From Myxococcota bacterium (GTDB lineage Bacteria > Myxococcota_A > Polyangia > Nannocystales > Nannocystaceae), in assembly GCA_039194325.1 (NCBI GenBank), contig JBCCWC010000002.1, positions 64,001-128,000 of the forward strand: a stretch of DNA of 64,000 nucleotides, given 5' to 3'. The position numbers and the translations under genes were made by a program. Numbering within the stretch: the first letter of the stretch is position 1; each line of letters begins with the position of its first letter. A model generated the notes under the pieces. That model searched no databases and was not told the origin of the DNA. It worked only from the letters and a program-made list of their open reading frames with translations. Shown here piece after piece: positions 54,874 to 63,705 of this stretch.

Positions 54874-55758
54874 ATGGCCCAGATCTCGTCCGCTATCCTC
54901 GATCCGAAGGACCCGCGTGATCGCCTCTACCTCATCATCTTCGAGGCGGAGACCCCGACAGGAAAGCTGTTTGATGTCGCGCTGTTGTGGCTAATCATCG
55001 CCAGCGTTGTGACGGTGGCGTTGGAGAGCGTGGCCGGGGTGCGCGAGCACTACGGGACGCTGCTTATCGTGCTCGAGTGGTTTTACACGTCGGTGTTCAC
55101 CATTGAGTATGGCCTGCGGATCTACTGCACGCGGCGCCGGCTTCGCTACATCCTGTCGTTCTTCGGCATCATCGATCTGCTGGCGCTGTTGCCAGCGTTC
55201 ATCAGCTTGGTGTTCACCAATGTCCATTCGTTGCTGGTGATCCGCGCCTTGCGGCTTTTGCGGGTGTTCCGGGTGCTCAAGGCGGTGCGGCTGATGGGCG
55301 AGGCCTATAGCTTGATGTCGGCGGTACGCTCCAGCCTGCCCAAGATCTCGGTGTTCATTGGTGCGGTGATAGTCATCGCGCTCATCGTGGGTTCGGCGAT
55401 GTATCTCATCGAGGACGCAGAGGCGGGGTTCACCAGCATTCCGCGGGCGATGTATTGGGCCATCGTGACCATGACGACGGTGGGCTACGGCGACATTGCG
55501 CCCAAGACCGAGCTGGGGCAGTTCTTGGCGGCGGTGCTCATGATCCTCGGCTACGGGATCCTGGCCGTGCCCACCGGGATCGTCTCGGCGGAGATGGTCG
55601 CGAGCAAGAACGAGGAGGTCGGCGTCGAGGAGGGCGATAGCGCGAACGAGGTCGACGACCAGGCCGAGCTCGAAGGTGCTGTATGTCACGCCTGCGGGGC
55701 GCATGGGCATCTGCCCGGGGCCAACTTTTGCTACGTGTGCGGCTCGGCCGTCGACTGA
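54874..55758 (+). CDS. 6-TM potassium channel with C-terminal Cys cluster
   Basis: TTVGYGD filter; RALRLLRVFRVLK S4; CHACG...CYVCG. Confidence 0.92.
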   Translation: MAQISSAILDPKDPRDRLYLIIFEAETPTGKLFDVALLWLIIASVVTVALESVAGVREHYGTLLIVLEWFYTSVFTIEYGLRIYCTRRRLRYILSFFGIIDLLALLPAFISLVFTNVHSLLVIRALRLLRVFRVLKAVRLMGEAYSLMSAVRSSLPKISVFIGAVIVIALIVGSAMYLIEDAEAGFTSIPRAMYWAIVTMTTVGYGDIAPKTELGQFLAAVLMILGYGILAVPTGIVSAEMVASKNEEVGVEEGDSANEVDDQAELEGAVCHACGAHGHLPGANFCYVCGSAVD

Positions 55759-55780
55759 GGTCTTCGTGCAGGGGTGTGCC

Positions 55781-56545
55781 GTGTCGGAGCCCGAGGTCTA
55801 CCACGCGTTGCTGCTGCTGATGTTCGGGCTGGCCGGGGTGGTGTTTGCCGTGTTGGGGCTGGTGAGCGCGCCCTACGGTCGCCACACGCGAGGAGGCTGG
55901 GGCCCTCAGATGCCGGAGCGTTGGGGCTGGGTGCTGATGGAGTCGCCGGCCGCCTTGGTGTTTGCGTGGGTCTTCTTCTCGGGCCCTCGCGCCGCCGATG
56001 TGGTTGTCCTGGTGATGTTGGGGCTTTGGCAGCTGCACTATCTCCATCGTGCCTTCGTGTACCCATGGTTGGTGCGCAGCCGTCCCGGGCAGCGGATCCC
56101 TGTGGTCATCGTATTGATGGCGGTGATCTTCAACGTGCTCAACGCCTATCTCAATGCGCGATGGTTGACCGCGCTGGGGCCCGCGTACGGGCTGGGTTGG
56201 CTGCTGAGTTTTCGGTTTCTCTATGGTTTGATGGTCTTTGGGACCGGCTTGGTCATCAATCGCTGGGCCGATCTTCGCCTTCGGGCGCTACGCAAGCCGG
56301 GTCAGGGCGGCTATGCGATCCCACGCGGGGGTCTGTACGACGAGATCTCTTGTCCCAACTACTTGGGTGAGCTGGTGCAGTGGGTCGGATGGGCCATCCT
56401 CACGTGGTCTCCGGCCGGTCTCGCCTTCGCTACGTTCACGGCCGCCAACCTGATACCCCGGGCCGTCTCCCACCATCGCTGGTACCAGCGCACCTTCCCC
56501 GACTACCCACGAAGACGACGAGCGATCATCCCCTACCTGCTGTAG
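55781..56545 (+). CDS. 3-oxo-5-alpha-steroid 4-dehydrogenase (steroid 5-alpha-reductase) family
   Basis: APYGRH, WVLMESP, HYLHRAF, YAIPRGGL...SCPNYLGE, HHRWY. Confidence 0.9.
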   Translation: MSEPEVYHALLLLMFGLAGVVFAVLGLVSAPYGRHTRGGWGPQMPERWGWVLMESPAALVFAWVFFSGPRAADVVVLVMLGLWQLHYLHRAFVYPWLVRSRPGQRIPVVIVLMAVIFNVLNAYLNARWLTALGPAYGLGWLLSFRFLYGLMVFGTGLVINRWADLRLRALRKPGQGGYAIPRGGLYDEISCPNYLGELVQWVGWAILTWSPAGLAFATFTAANLIPRAVSHHRWYQRTFPDYPRRRRAIIPYLL

Positions 56546-56891
56546 CTGGCCTCGATGTGCGTATCTCCCGCTGCCGCTCGAGATCCACGGGGAATCCACC
56601 CGAATGGGCATTGTCCCGGCGCTCGATTGCATCATCGCCGTCGATCCCGCGTCAGTGGCCCCAGCAGTCGGTGGCCCCAGCGGCCGGTGCCCCCTGCTCC
56701 CTTCGCGGAGCCCATGCTCCGGGATCATCGCACGGCCCGCGAGCCGGCCAGCGTCGTAGCGCGACATCGATGTCAGGCGTGACGCAGATTGCAGGGGGCA
56801 AGTCGGACACTGGCGTCATGCTCCAGGCGAAAGACGCGGTAGACCCGCCGCCGTGACAAACTTTCCCCAATGATTTCCGCCGGCGACACAA

Positions 56892-56907
56892 TGGCACGCC
56901 GGCTGCA
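56892..56907 (+). promoter_or_regulatory. sigma54 (-24/-12) promoter motif
   Basis: TGGCACGCCGGCTGCA = TGGCACG plus exact GG-N10-GC spacing. Confidence 0.7.
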
Positions 56908-56917
56908 CCTTAGGGGA

Positions 56918-57525
56918 GCGAGCGTCTGGCGGCGGACACTACTTGACTTCGACTTACCGTTCCGACTCGCCGGGCTCTACCTTATCTTACTTGGATTGCG
57001 CCTTACTTGACTTCGCTTGGCCACTTACCTTGGACTGTCACTTTGCTTCTTCTTTTTCCTTGGCTTATCGACCGTCCTTGGCTTACGCACGAACTTCGGT
57101 TCACCGCTCGATTTGGCTTGACGCTTTGATCTTACCGCTTGGCTTTGCTCTTTCGTTTGGCTTTTGCTCTTTACTTTTTTGCTCTTTGCTTTTTTGTTTG
57201 GCTTTGTCCCTTCGCCCCTTCTCATCGCGGACGTGTTCACCTTCCCCCGGTAAACCCCGCGGCCTGGGCCAGCAGGGCGCTCTGGTTCCTCTGCGCGCCT
57301 CGACTCGGCCCCCACGATCTTCTTCGGTTGGTCCGTTCGGTACATTCCTTAGCTTGAACTTCGATAGATGTAGTGCTTGGTGTTGGTGTCTCCTAATCTA
57401 GCTTGACTTGATCTTCTTCGGTGCTTTTGCCCGTCCCGGATTCGGTGCCCGGGGCAGGCCATCTGGTCACTCCATTCTCTAGAACGCCCGGGCTCCTTGC
57501 TGGAGCCCGGGCGTTCGCGTGTTTG
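56918..57525 (+). ncRNA. Putative ~600 nt U-rich non-coding RNA
   Basis: Bounded by sigma54 motif and 15-bp hairpin; strong T>>A skew; internal direct repeats; no convincing CDS. Confidence 0.5.
57482..57524 (+). terminator. Perfect 15-bp stem hairpin, possibly bidirectional terminator
   Basis: GAACGCCCGGGCTCC-TTGCT-GGAGCCCGGGCGTTC then GCGTGTTT. Confidence 0.8.
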
Positions 57526-57552
57526 GCTCGTCGGCTTCGCCCAGACGGGTGC

Positions 57553-58062
57553 TCAGTGGCCGCGCTCTTGCAGGTATTCGCCCAAGTGCGGCACGATCGG
57601 ACGGCGGAGGATCGCATCGGGGGGTTCGAAGCTCGCCCACACGACCTCGCGGTTGTCCACCACTAGGTGCGGAGGCTCATCGACGTCGACCTCGACGATC
57701 GTCACCTTGTCGTGGCGATTTTCGAATGGGTGGACGCGGGAGTAGACCTCACGAAGCCGGTCGAGCGGGACGTGCAGATTGACCTCTTCTTGGAGCTCCC
57801 GCTGGGCGGCCTGCGCCGCGCTCTCGCCGGTGCGCACGTAGCCTCCGGGCAGGGTGTAGAAGCGCCGGTACGAATTCTTGACGAGCAGCAGTCGCCCCTC
57901 GTGCCACACTGCGATGAGGGCGCCGTGGGTGTTGGGTCGACGGACCCGCCAGTAGGCGCGGAGCATGCGGTGCGCGACCCGGTAGCCAGTACGAAAGCCG
58001 AGGTCGACCGCGGCCTTGAGGCCGGGTGCCCCCGAGGGGGAGGTAGCGTTGAAGTTGCTCAT
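57553..58062 (-). CDS. Nudix hydrolase
   Basis: Nudix box PGGYVRTGESAAQAAQRELQEEVNL. Confidence 0.9.
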   Translation of the reverse strand: MSNFNATSPSGAPGLKAAVDLGFRTGYRVAHRMLRAYWRVRRPNTHGALIAVWHEGRLLLVKNSYRRFYTLPGGYVRTGESAAQAAQRELQEEVNLHVPLDRLREVYSRVHPFENRHDKVTIVEVDVDEPPHLVVDNREVVWASFEPPDAILRRPIVPHLGEYLQERGH

Positions 58063-58350
58063 CCGCGGGCTGCCCCATGAAGCCACAGGCCACCCCGACG
58101 ACGCCAGGAGATCGTCCCGAGAACGGCCGGCTCGTCGGGGGGTCGATCACGACATGCGGGCCGGCTCGTTGCTCGGGTGCCCCGCTGGGGCCGGAGGTTC
58201 GCGCGAAGCGCGGACTCGGCCAGATTTCCAAGTTGCGGTGCGGGTGGCCCCACGACCCAACCCACGAGGAGATGGGCACTAAATGGTTTCGACTGCGAAC
58301 TTCATGGGTGGCCGTGAGTCGCGCAGGACGATAATCTGGTGCATGTGAGC

Positions 58351-58905
58351 ATGGCTGCCACGCTGTACGACCGCCTGGAGCGGGTGGCGAACCTGTTGGG
58401 CTCGCAGGCGCGCGCCACGGCGCGGATTCACTCGCTCGAGCCGATCCAGCTCGAGGTGCTCCATTACTTGTATCGCTGCAATCGTTACAGCGATACCTCC
58501 AAGGCGGTCGCCGAGTTCTTCAGCCTTACCAAGGGGACGGTGTCCCAGACGGTGTCGGCATTGCATCGCAAGGGCATGATCGAGAAGGTCTCCGACGAGG
58601 CCGACGGTCGTCTGATCCACTTGCACCTGACCAAGCCCGGGGAGCGGGTCGTCAAGGAGGCGTTCCCGCCGGTGCTGTTGCAGGCGGCGTGCACCGAGGA
58701 CGATGAGGAGCTGCTGGCCCGTTTGGACGATCTGCTGCTTCGCATGCAGCGGGCCACGGGTTCGGTCAGCTTCGGTGAGTGTCAGACCTGCGTTCACTTC
58801 CAGCGTGAAGGCGATCGTCGCTTCCGTTGTGGGCTGACCGAGGAGGGCCTGCGTCGGGCCGAGATCGTCAAGATCTGTCTGGAGCACACGCGTCCCGACG
58901 ACTGA
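58351..58905 (+). CDS. MarR family regulator with C-terminal Cys motif
   Basis: LTKGTVSQTVSALHRKGMI...DGRLIHLHLT; CQTC...C...C tail. Confidence 0.9.
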   Translation: MAATLYDRLERVANLLGSQARATARIHSLEPIQLEVLHYLYRCNRYSDTSKAVAEFFSLTKGTVSQTVSALHRKGMIEKVSDEADGRLIHLHLTKPGERVVKEAFPPVLLQAACTEDDEELLARLDDLLLRMQRATGSVSFGECQTCVHFQREGDRRFRCGLTEEGLRRAEIVKICLEHTRPDD

Positions 58906-59061
58906 GGGGTCGAAGGCTCGCGGCGTTGGTCGAGCAGGACCTCCGCCGCCATGCGCTACCGGGTGCCACCAGTCGGGTGCCAGAGCGCCAACGTCAAGAA
59001 GTCCCAGAGCGCTATCGAGCCCACCCTTGGTAGGTACGACAGCAAACCTGAGACGACGTGC

Positions 59062-59181
59062 GAAAAATCAAGCTGCCCGCCGCACCCGAGGGGTGCGGAG
59101 TTGGGATGGAGTGGATGCGGCGGGCAGCCGAAGGGAACAGGTTGGCGCGAAGACTTCGAGATGGAGTTGAAGCCTTGTGCT
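59062..59181 (-). ncRNA. Putative ~120 nt small RNA
   Basis: Minus-strand 16-bp stem with G-U pair then UUGAUUUUU; repeated ACUCC; sigma54-like motif upstream. Confidence 0.55.
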
Positions 59182-59191
59182 CCCTGGTAAA

Positions 59192-59207
59192 TACAAACGC
59201 CATGCCA
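59192..59207 (-). promoter_or_regulatory. sigma54-like promoter motif (non-canonical -12)
   Basis: Minus strand TGGCATGGCGTTTGTA: GG-N10-GT. Confidence 0.45.
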
Positions 59208-59432
59208 AGCCTCATGCACCCGGTTTCGGTAGGTTGCGGGCCAATTGCGTGGGTCGGGTCTGGCTACTGTCGTAGCCGGTGGGATCGGTGCCGTAGCCAC
59301 TGGGCGAGGCGCTGAGTGCGGCGCCTTGCCGTATGGGTGGGTGGAGGCCCGAAGATCTCGCCCCTAGTGGTGGACCGGCCCGGATCGGGTACATTTCGCC
59401 GGACGTGCCCAGCGTCAAGGAGGGGAGCCGGG

Positions 59433-60527
59433 ATGTCCAGAGGCGTGAGCTACGAGGAATTCAACGAGAGCCTGCGCGATTCCAAGGCCCGCAAGCGGGT
59501 GCTTCGTCGCAAGGGTCGTCAGTTTCACGTGCTGCTTAGTCAGCAGTTCGGTCGGTCCGACATCGAGTCGCTGTGCGACACGGCGACCGCGATCCGCCGG
59601 CTCGATCGTCACCGTGAGGGACGGAGCTTCTTGCGGGGTGTGCTGGCGGGTTATCGCATCATGCACCTGTTTGCCCAGCCGAGCACCCGCACGGCCCAGT
59701 CGTTCCTCGCCGGGGCCGACAAGCTGGGGGCCACCAGTCGTACGGTCACCAACCTCAGCACCTCTTCGTTCGCCAAGGGCGAGTCGGTCGAGGACTCGGT
59801 GCGGACGCTCTCCAGCTTCTTCGACGCGATCGTGGTGCGGCATCACGAGGATGATTTCGCGACGCGAGCGGCGTGGGCCCTGTCGCGGAGCGACCGGCCG
59901 ATCCCGGTGATCTCGGCGGGTAGCGGGCGTAGCCAGCACGTGACCCAGTCGCTGCTGGACGTGTACACCCTGCGCTATTCCTTCGCCGAGCGGGGGGGCA
60001 TCGATGGCAAGACGGTGCTCATCATCGGGGACATCGCCCGCAACCGGGCCGCGCGTTCGCTGGCCTACTTGATGACCAAGTTCGACCAGCCGCGGGTCTA
60101 CTTCGTGTCCCCCAAGGATTTCGTCCCGGGGCAGGATCTGCTGGACTACCTCGACAAGCACTCCATCGAGGTGCGGATCCAAGAACGCATCGAGACCATG
60201 CTGCGCGAGCACGGCCGACAGATCGACGCGATCTACGTGACCCGCCTGCAGCAAGAGTGGGACGAGGGCGGACCCCCGGCGGAGCGGGGCAGCGGCGATC
60301 CCTACATCCTCAAGCCGGAGTATCGCGAGCTCATTCGCCCCGATTGCACGATCATGCACCCGCTGCCCCGGGTCAACGAGCTGCCCCACACGTGGGAGTC
60401 TCATCCCGGCTTTGTGGTGTGGCGACAGGTCCGAAACGGCATGTGGATCCGGGCGGCGATCTTCGCGGTGGTTCACGGCGCCGACGAGGAGATCCGAGCC
60501 CGCGCTCGCCGGCTCGATCTGCTCTAG
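59433..60527 (+). CDS. pyrB: Aspartate carbamoyltransferase catalytic subunit-like
   Basis: PSTRT, AKGES, VRH, HVTQSLLD, TRLQ, HPLPR; GGAG RBS. Confidence 0.82.
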   Translation: MSRGVSYEEFNESLRDSKARKRVLRRKGRQFHVLLSQQFGRSDIESLCDTATAIRRLDRHREGRSFLRGVLAGYRIMHLFAQPSTRTAQSFLAGADKLGATSRTVTNLSTSSFAKGESVEDSVRTLSSFFDAIVVRHHEDDFATRAAWALSRSDRPIPVISAGSGRSQHVTQSLLDVYTLRYSFAERGGIDGKTVLIIGDIARNRAARSLAYLMTKFDQPRVYFVSPKDFVPGQDLLDYLDKHSIEVRIQERIETMLREHGRQIDAIYVTRLQQEWDEGGPPAERGSGDPYILKPEYRELIRPDCTIMHPLPRVNELPHTWESHPGFVVWRQVRNGMWIRAAIFAVVHGADEEIRARARRLDLL

Positions 60528-60578
60528 TGCCCCGTGTCGGAAGTTCGTGCGGGCGGCGGGTGGCGGGCGGCGGGCTCG

Positions 60579-63578
60579 TCAGGGGGAGGGAAGCGCGTCG
60601 AGCCAGGCGTCGATCTCGGCTCGGGCGGCCGGGTCGTCGAGCAGGCCGGCGCGCGCATCGTTGGCTAGCCGGAGGGCGCCCTCGCGATCGGGAGGATCGG
60701 CGGCGGCAATCGTGCGAGCCAGGGCGAAACGGGCGCGGGCCAGGGTCTGTGCGGGGACCTGCGGGGTGGTCAGCAGGGGGATCGCGGCTTCGAGGGGCCT
60801 GCGAGCGGCCGCGGGCGTGTCGGTCGCGAGCAGCACGGTGCCCAGATCGAGCAAAGCCTCGCCCCGTCGAGAGTCGAGGCCGGGGCCCAGCGTTTGGTAG
60901 ATCTCGATCGCCTCGGTGAGCAGCTGCCGGGCCGCGTCGGGTCGAGCTTGCTGGCGGCGGACCTGGGCGAGGGCTCGGGCGACGTCGGCGGAGACCAGCG
61001 CGCTCTGCTCGGGCAGCAGGCCCCGCAGCGCGTCGGCCTGCTCGAGGACCTCGCGGGCCTCGGTGAGGTTACCGGCCTCGAGCAAGATCTTGCCGAGGTG
61101 GGCGAGCAGGTCGACCCGCTCGGGGTGGGCGGGGCCGTGCTCGGCCTCGAGGAGCGCGGCGGCCTCGCGCAGGTGCTCGGCGGCGGCGGCGTACTCGCCC
61201 GCGTGGCGCAGGGCCTGGGCCAGGTTGCCCCGCAGACGGACCATGGCGCTGATGCTGGAGTCGGAGGACTCGAGGATCGCCAAGGCACGTTCGAATAGTT
61301 CCCGTGCGTCCTCGTGGTCACCCAAGTCGTCGCGGAGCGAGCCGAGGGTGTCGAGCGCGGTGACCACCTGGGGGTGCTCGGGCCCGAACGCATCCTCGAG
61401 GATGCTGAGCGCGAGCTCTAGGTGGGGCACGGCGGCGGGCAGTTGCCCCGAGAGGTAGAGCGTGCCGCCGAGACTCTTGCGAGCCTGCCCGACCTCGGGG
61501 TGCCGGGCGCCGAGCAATTGCTCTTGGATCGCGATCTCCGACGCGAACTGCTCCTCGGCGCCCGCCATATCGCCCAGGGCGGCCAGGGACAGCCCCAAGG
61601 TGTGGTGGGCCTTGGCGAGATCGGTGGTCTCGGGGCGGGTCCGCATGAGGGTGACGGCGCGGGTGAACGCCTCTCGTGCCTCGTCGAGGCGACCGGCGAC
61701 CTGGTACACGCTTCCTTCGAGAAACCACACCTCGGCGAAGCGGAGGTCCTGGGTGTCGGATCCCCGCAGCCAGGCCCGAGCTTGCTCGGCCCAGTGCTCG
61801 CCTCCGGTGGTACGACGCTGCGAGACGCCGACCACCGTGCCGAGCTGGAGCGCGGCCTTCACGGCCAGGGAGGCGTCGCGCCCCTCAACGGCGTCGGCGA
61901 AGGCGGCGCGTAGCGAGCGCTCGGCCTCGGGAAGTCTGCCCTCGGCGGTGAGGATCTCGCCGTGGAGAAGCCGGGCTTCGCCGAGCAGCACCGGATCGTG
62001 GAGGTTGGAGCCGCGCTGCTCGACGCCGAGCGCGAGGGACTCGGCTTGCTCGTTGCGGCCGGCCCGGGCGAGCACGCCGGCTCGCGCGAGGGTCTGGCGT
62101 AGGCCTTCGATCTGGGCGGCTATCGCGGGGTCGGCCGCCCGTCCTCGGGCTCGCAGGGTCTCGACGTCGGCGCACTGGTGCACAGCGGGCAGGGCCGCGA
62201 CCAGGCCCGTGGCCCGCTGTAGGGTGCTGGTGCTGACGTTGCCGGTCAGTGTCTCCACGGTGGCCTCGAGCTCGGTGCGATGGCGGCCGAGGCAGGCCAT
62301 GCGCAGGTCGAAGGCTTCTGCGGATTGCTCGTGGCGTACGCGGGTGGCTCGGCATGCATCGGCGTGGCCCTCGGTCCATGCCTGCACGTAGGTGTCGAGC
62401 CTGTCGGTCACGCGCTCGGCAGTGTCGGCTGCGTAGCTCTGTCCGGTGTCGAGCAGCGCGTCGCGAACCCGTGTGCGCAGGGGGTTGGGCCACAGCGCAT
62501 CTTCCAGCGTTGCGGGGTCGGGGCAGGGGTCGTCCGGAGCGGCGGCCAGCTTGATGCCGATCGCCGCGGCGCCCAGCGCCGCTCCGCTCGCGGCCCAGAT
62601 CCAGCGCCTCCGGATCCGCACTGGATCTCGACCGAGCTGCAGCAGCAGCTCGGCCATAGTTTCGAAGCGGGCCTCGGGCTCCGGGTCGAGACCACGCTCG
62701 ACCAGCCGAAGTAGCCAGGTGGGCACGTTCGCCGCCGAGTCGGGCTGGAGCTTGCGCGCTTCCTTGGCCTTGAGCAGGGCCGCGGGGTCGCGGTGGCCAA
62801 AGGGCCGACGCCGATAGAGCCCCTCGTAGAGGGCCACGCAGTAGGCATATTGATCGGCTCGGGCATCGAGGGGCTCACCGCGCAGTTGCTCGGGGGCCAT
62901 GTATGCCGGGGTGCCGACGACCTCTCCCGCCGCGGTGATGGAGTCGAGCTCGTGGCCTTGGACCGGGCGCCAGGCACTGGGGGCCTCTCGCTCTCCCTCG
63001 TCGGCGCTGTCGTGGGGACGCGCGAGGCCGAAGTCGGTGACCAGCACCCGGCCCTTGTTGCCCAGGAGCACGTTGGAGGGCTTGAAGTCGCGGTGGATGA
63101 TGCCGGCTTGATGGGCCGCATGCAGGCCCTGCCCGGCCTGGCGGAAGACCTCGACCACCTCGGTCCACGTGCGGTCGTGTCGACGGATCCAGCGGCTGAG
63201 GGTCTCGCCGTCCACGTACTCCATGGCGATGTAGACCGAGCCGCTGACGTGCTCGACGTCGTAGACCGGCAGTACGTTGGGGTGGCTGAGCTGGGCCATG
63301 GCCCGGGCCTCTCGCAAGATCCGGTGCTCAGCGCGCTCGGCTTCGGAGCCCTTGCGGCGATCGAAGCGCAGCATCTTGATCGCGACCTCGCGACGCAGCT
63401 TGGGGTCGTAGGCGCGGTGCACCACCCCCATGCCGCCGGCGCCGAGCTGCTCGAGGATCACGTAGCGGTCGAGGCTGGGGGGGCTGGTGGCGTGGCCGTC
63501 GTCGCTCGGCCGGAGCGTGGGCGTCTCGGCGAGCGGAGGGTCGTCGTCGTTGGATCGCTCCTCCACGTCGGTCGCCAC
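60579..63578 (-). CDS. Ser/Thr kinase - TM - Cys-containing helical domain - TPR repeats
   Basis: GAGGMGVV, HRDFKPSN, DFG, GTPAYMAPE; FGPEHP-type TPRs. Confidence 0.93.
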   Translation of the reverse strand: MATDVEERSNDDDPPLAETPTLRPSDDGHATSPPSLDRYVILEQLGAGGMGVVHRAYDPKLRREVAIKMLRFDRRKGSEAERAEHRILREARAMAQLSHPNVLPVYDVEHVSGSVYIAMEYVDGETLSRWIRRHDRTWTEVVEVFRQAGQGLHAAHQAGIIHRDFKPSNVLLGNKGRVLVTDFGLARPHDSADEGEREAPSAWRPVQGHELDSITAAGEVVGTPAYMAPEQLRGEPLDARADQYAYCVALYEGLYRRRPFGHRDPAALLKAKEARKLQPDSAANVPTWLLRLVERGLDPEPEARFETMAELLLQLGRDPVRIRRRWIWAASGAALGAAAIGIKLAAAPDDPCPDPATLEDALWPNPLRTRVRDALLDTGQSYAADTAERVTDRLDTYVQAWTEGHADACRATRVRHEQSAEAFDLRMACLGRHRTELEATVETLTGNVSTSTLQRATGLVAALPAVHQCADVETLRARGRAADPAIAAQIEGLRQTLARAGVLARAGRNEQAESLALGVEQRGSNLHDPVLLGEARLLHGEILTAEGRLPEAERSLRAAFADAVEGRDASLAVKAALQLGTVVGVSQRRTTGGEHWAEQARAWLRGSDTQDLRFAEVWFLEGSVYQVAGRLDEAREAFTRAVTLMRTRPETTDLAKAHHTLGLSLAALGDMAGAEEQFASEIAIQEQLLGARHPEVGQARKSLGGTLYLSGQLPAAVPHLELALSILEDAFGPEHPQVVTALDTLGSLRDDLGDHEDARELFERALAILESSDSSISAMVRLRGNLAQALRHAGEYAAAAEHLREAAALLEAEHGPAHPERVDLLAHLGKILLEAGNLTEAREVLEQADALRGLLPEQSALVSADVARALAQVRRQQARPDAARQLLTEAIEIYQTLGPGLDSRRGEALLDLGTVLLATDTPAAARRPLEAAIPLLTTPQVPAQTLARARFALARTIAAADPPDREGALRLANDARAGLLDDPAARAEIDAWLDALPSP

Positions 63579-63705
63579 CGCGGGTCAGTGTACGCCTGTC
63601 GCGGAGTCGAGCGGCTAATCGAGCGACCAGTCGAGCGGCCGGAACAGTCAGTGCAGCACAGGAGCGGGAGCGGTCTCACCGACCGAGGCGCGGCAGAGGC
63701 CGACT

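Noticed and set aside
57025..57345. Lys-rich histone-like ORF on minus strand (106 aa)
   Set aside because: Rich in AAA/AGA/GTA/CCA codons atypical for this genome; AAGGA abuts the ATG with no spacing; the A-rich pattern continues past the stop; better explained as the complement of the U-rich tract (not fully excluded)
56943..57401. 152 aa hydrophobic ORF on plus strand
   Set aside because: TTG start, no properly spaced SD, low GC3; Leu/Phe/Ser content follows from T-richness; retained only as the alternative hypothesis
58286..58300. GTTTCGACTGCGAAC as MarR operator
   Set aside because: Position is plausible but the palindrome is too imperfect to call without comparative data
58956..59300. 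114 aa ORF and other short ORFs between marR and pyrB
   Set aside because: No recognisable motif or RBS, atypical composition, and it runs through a terminator-like structure
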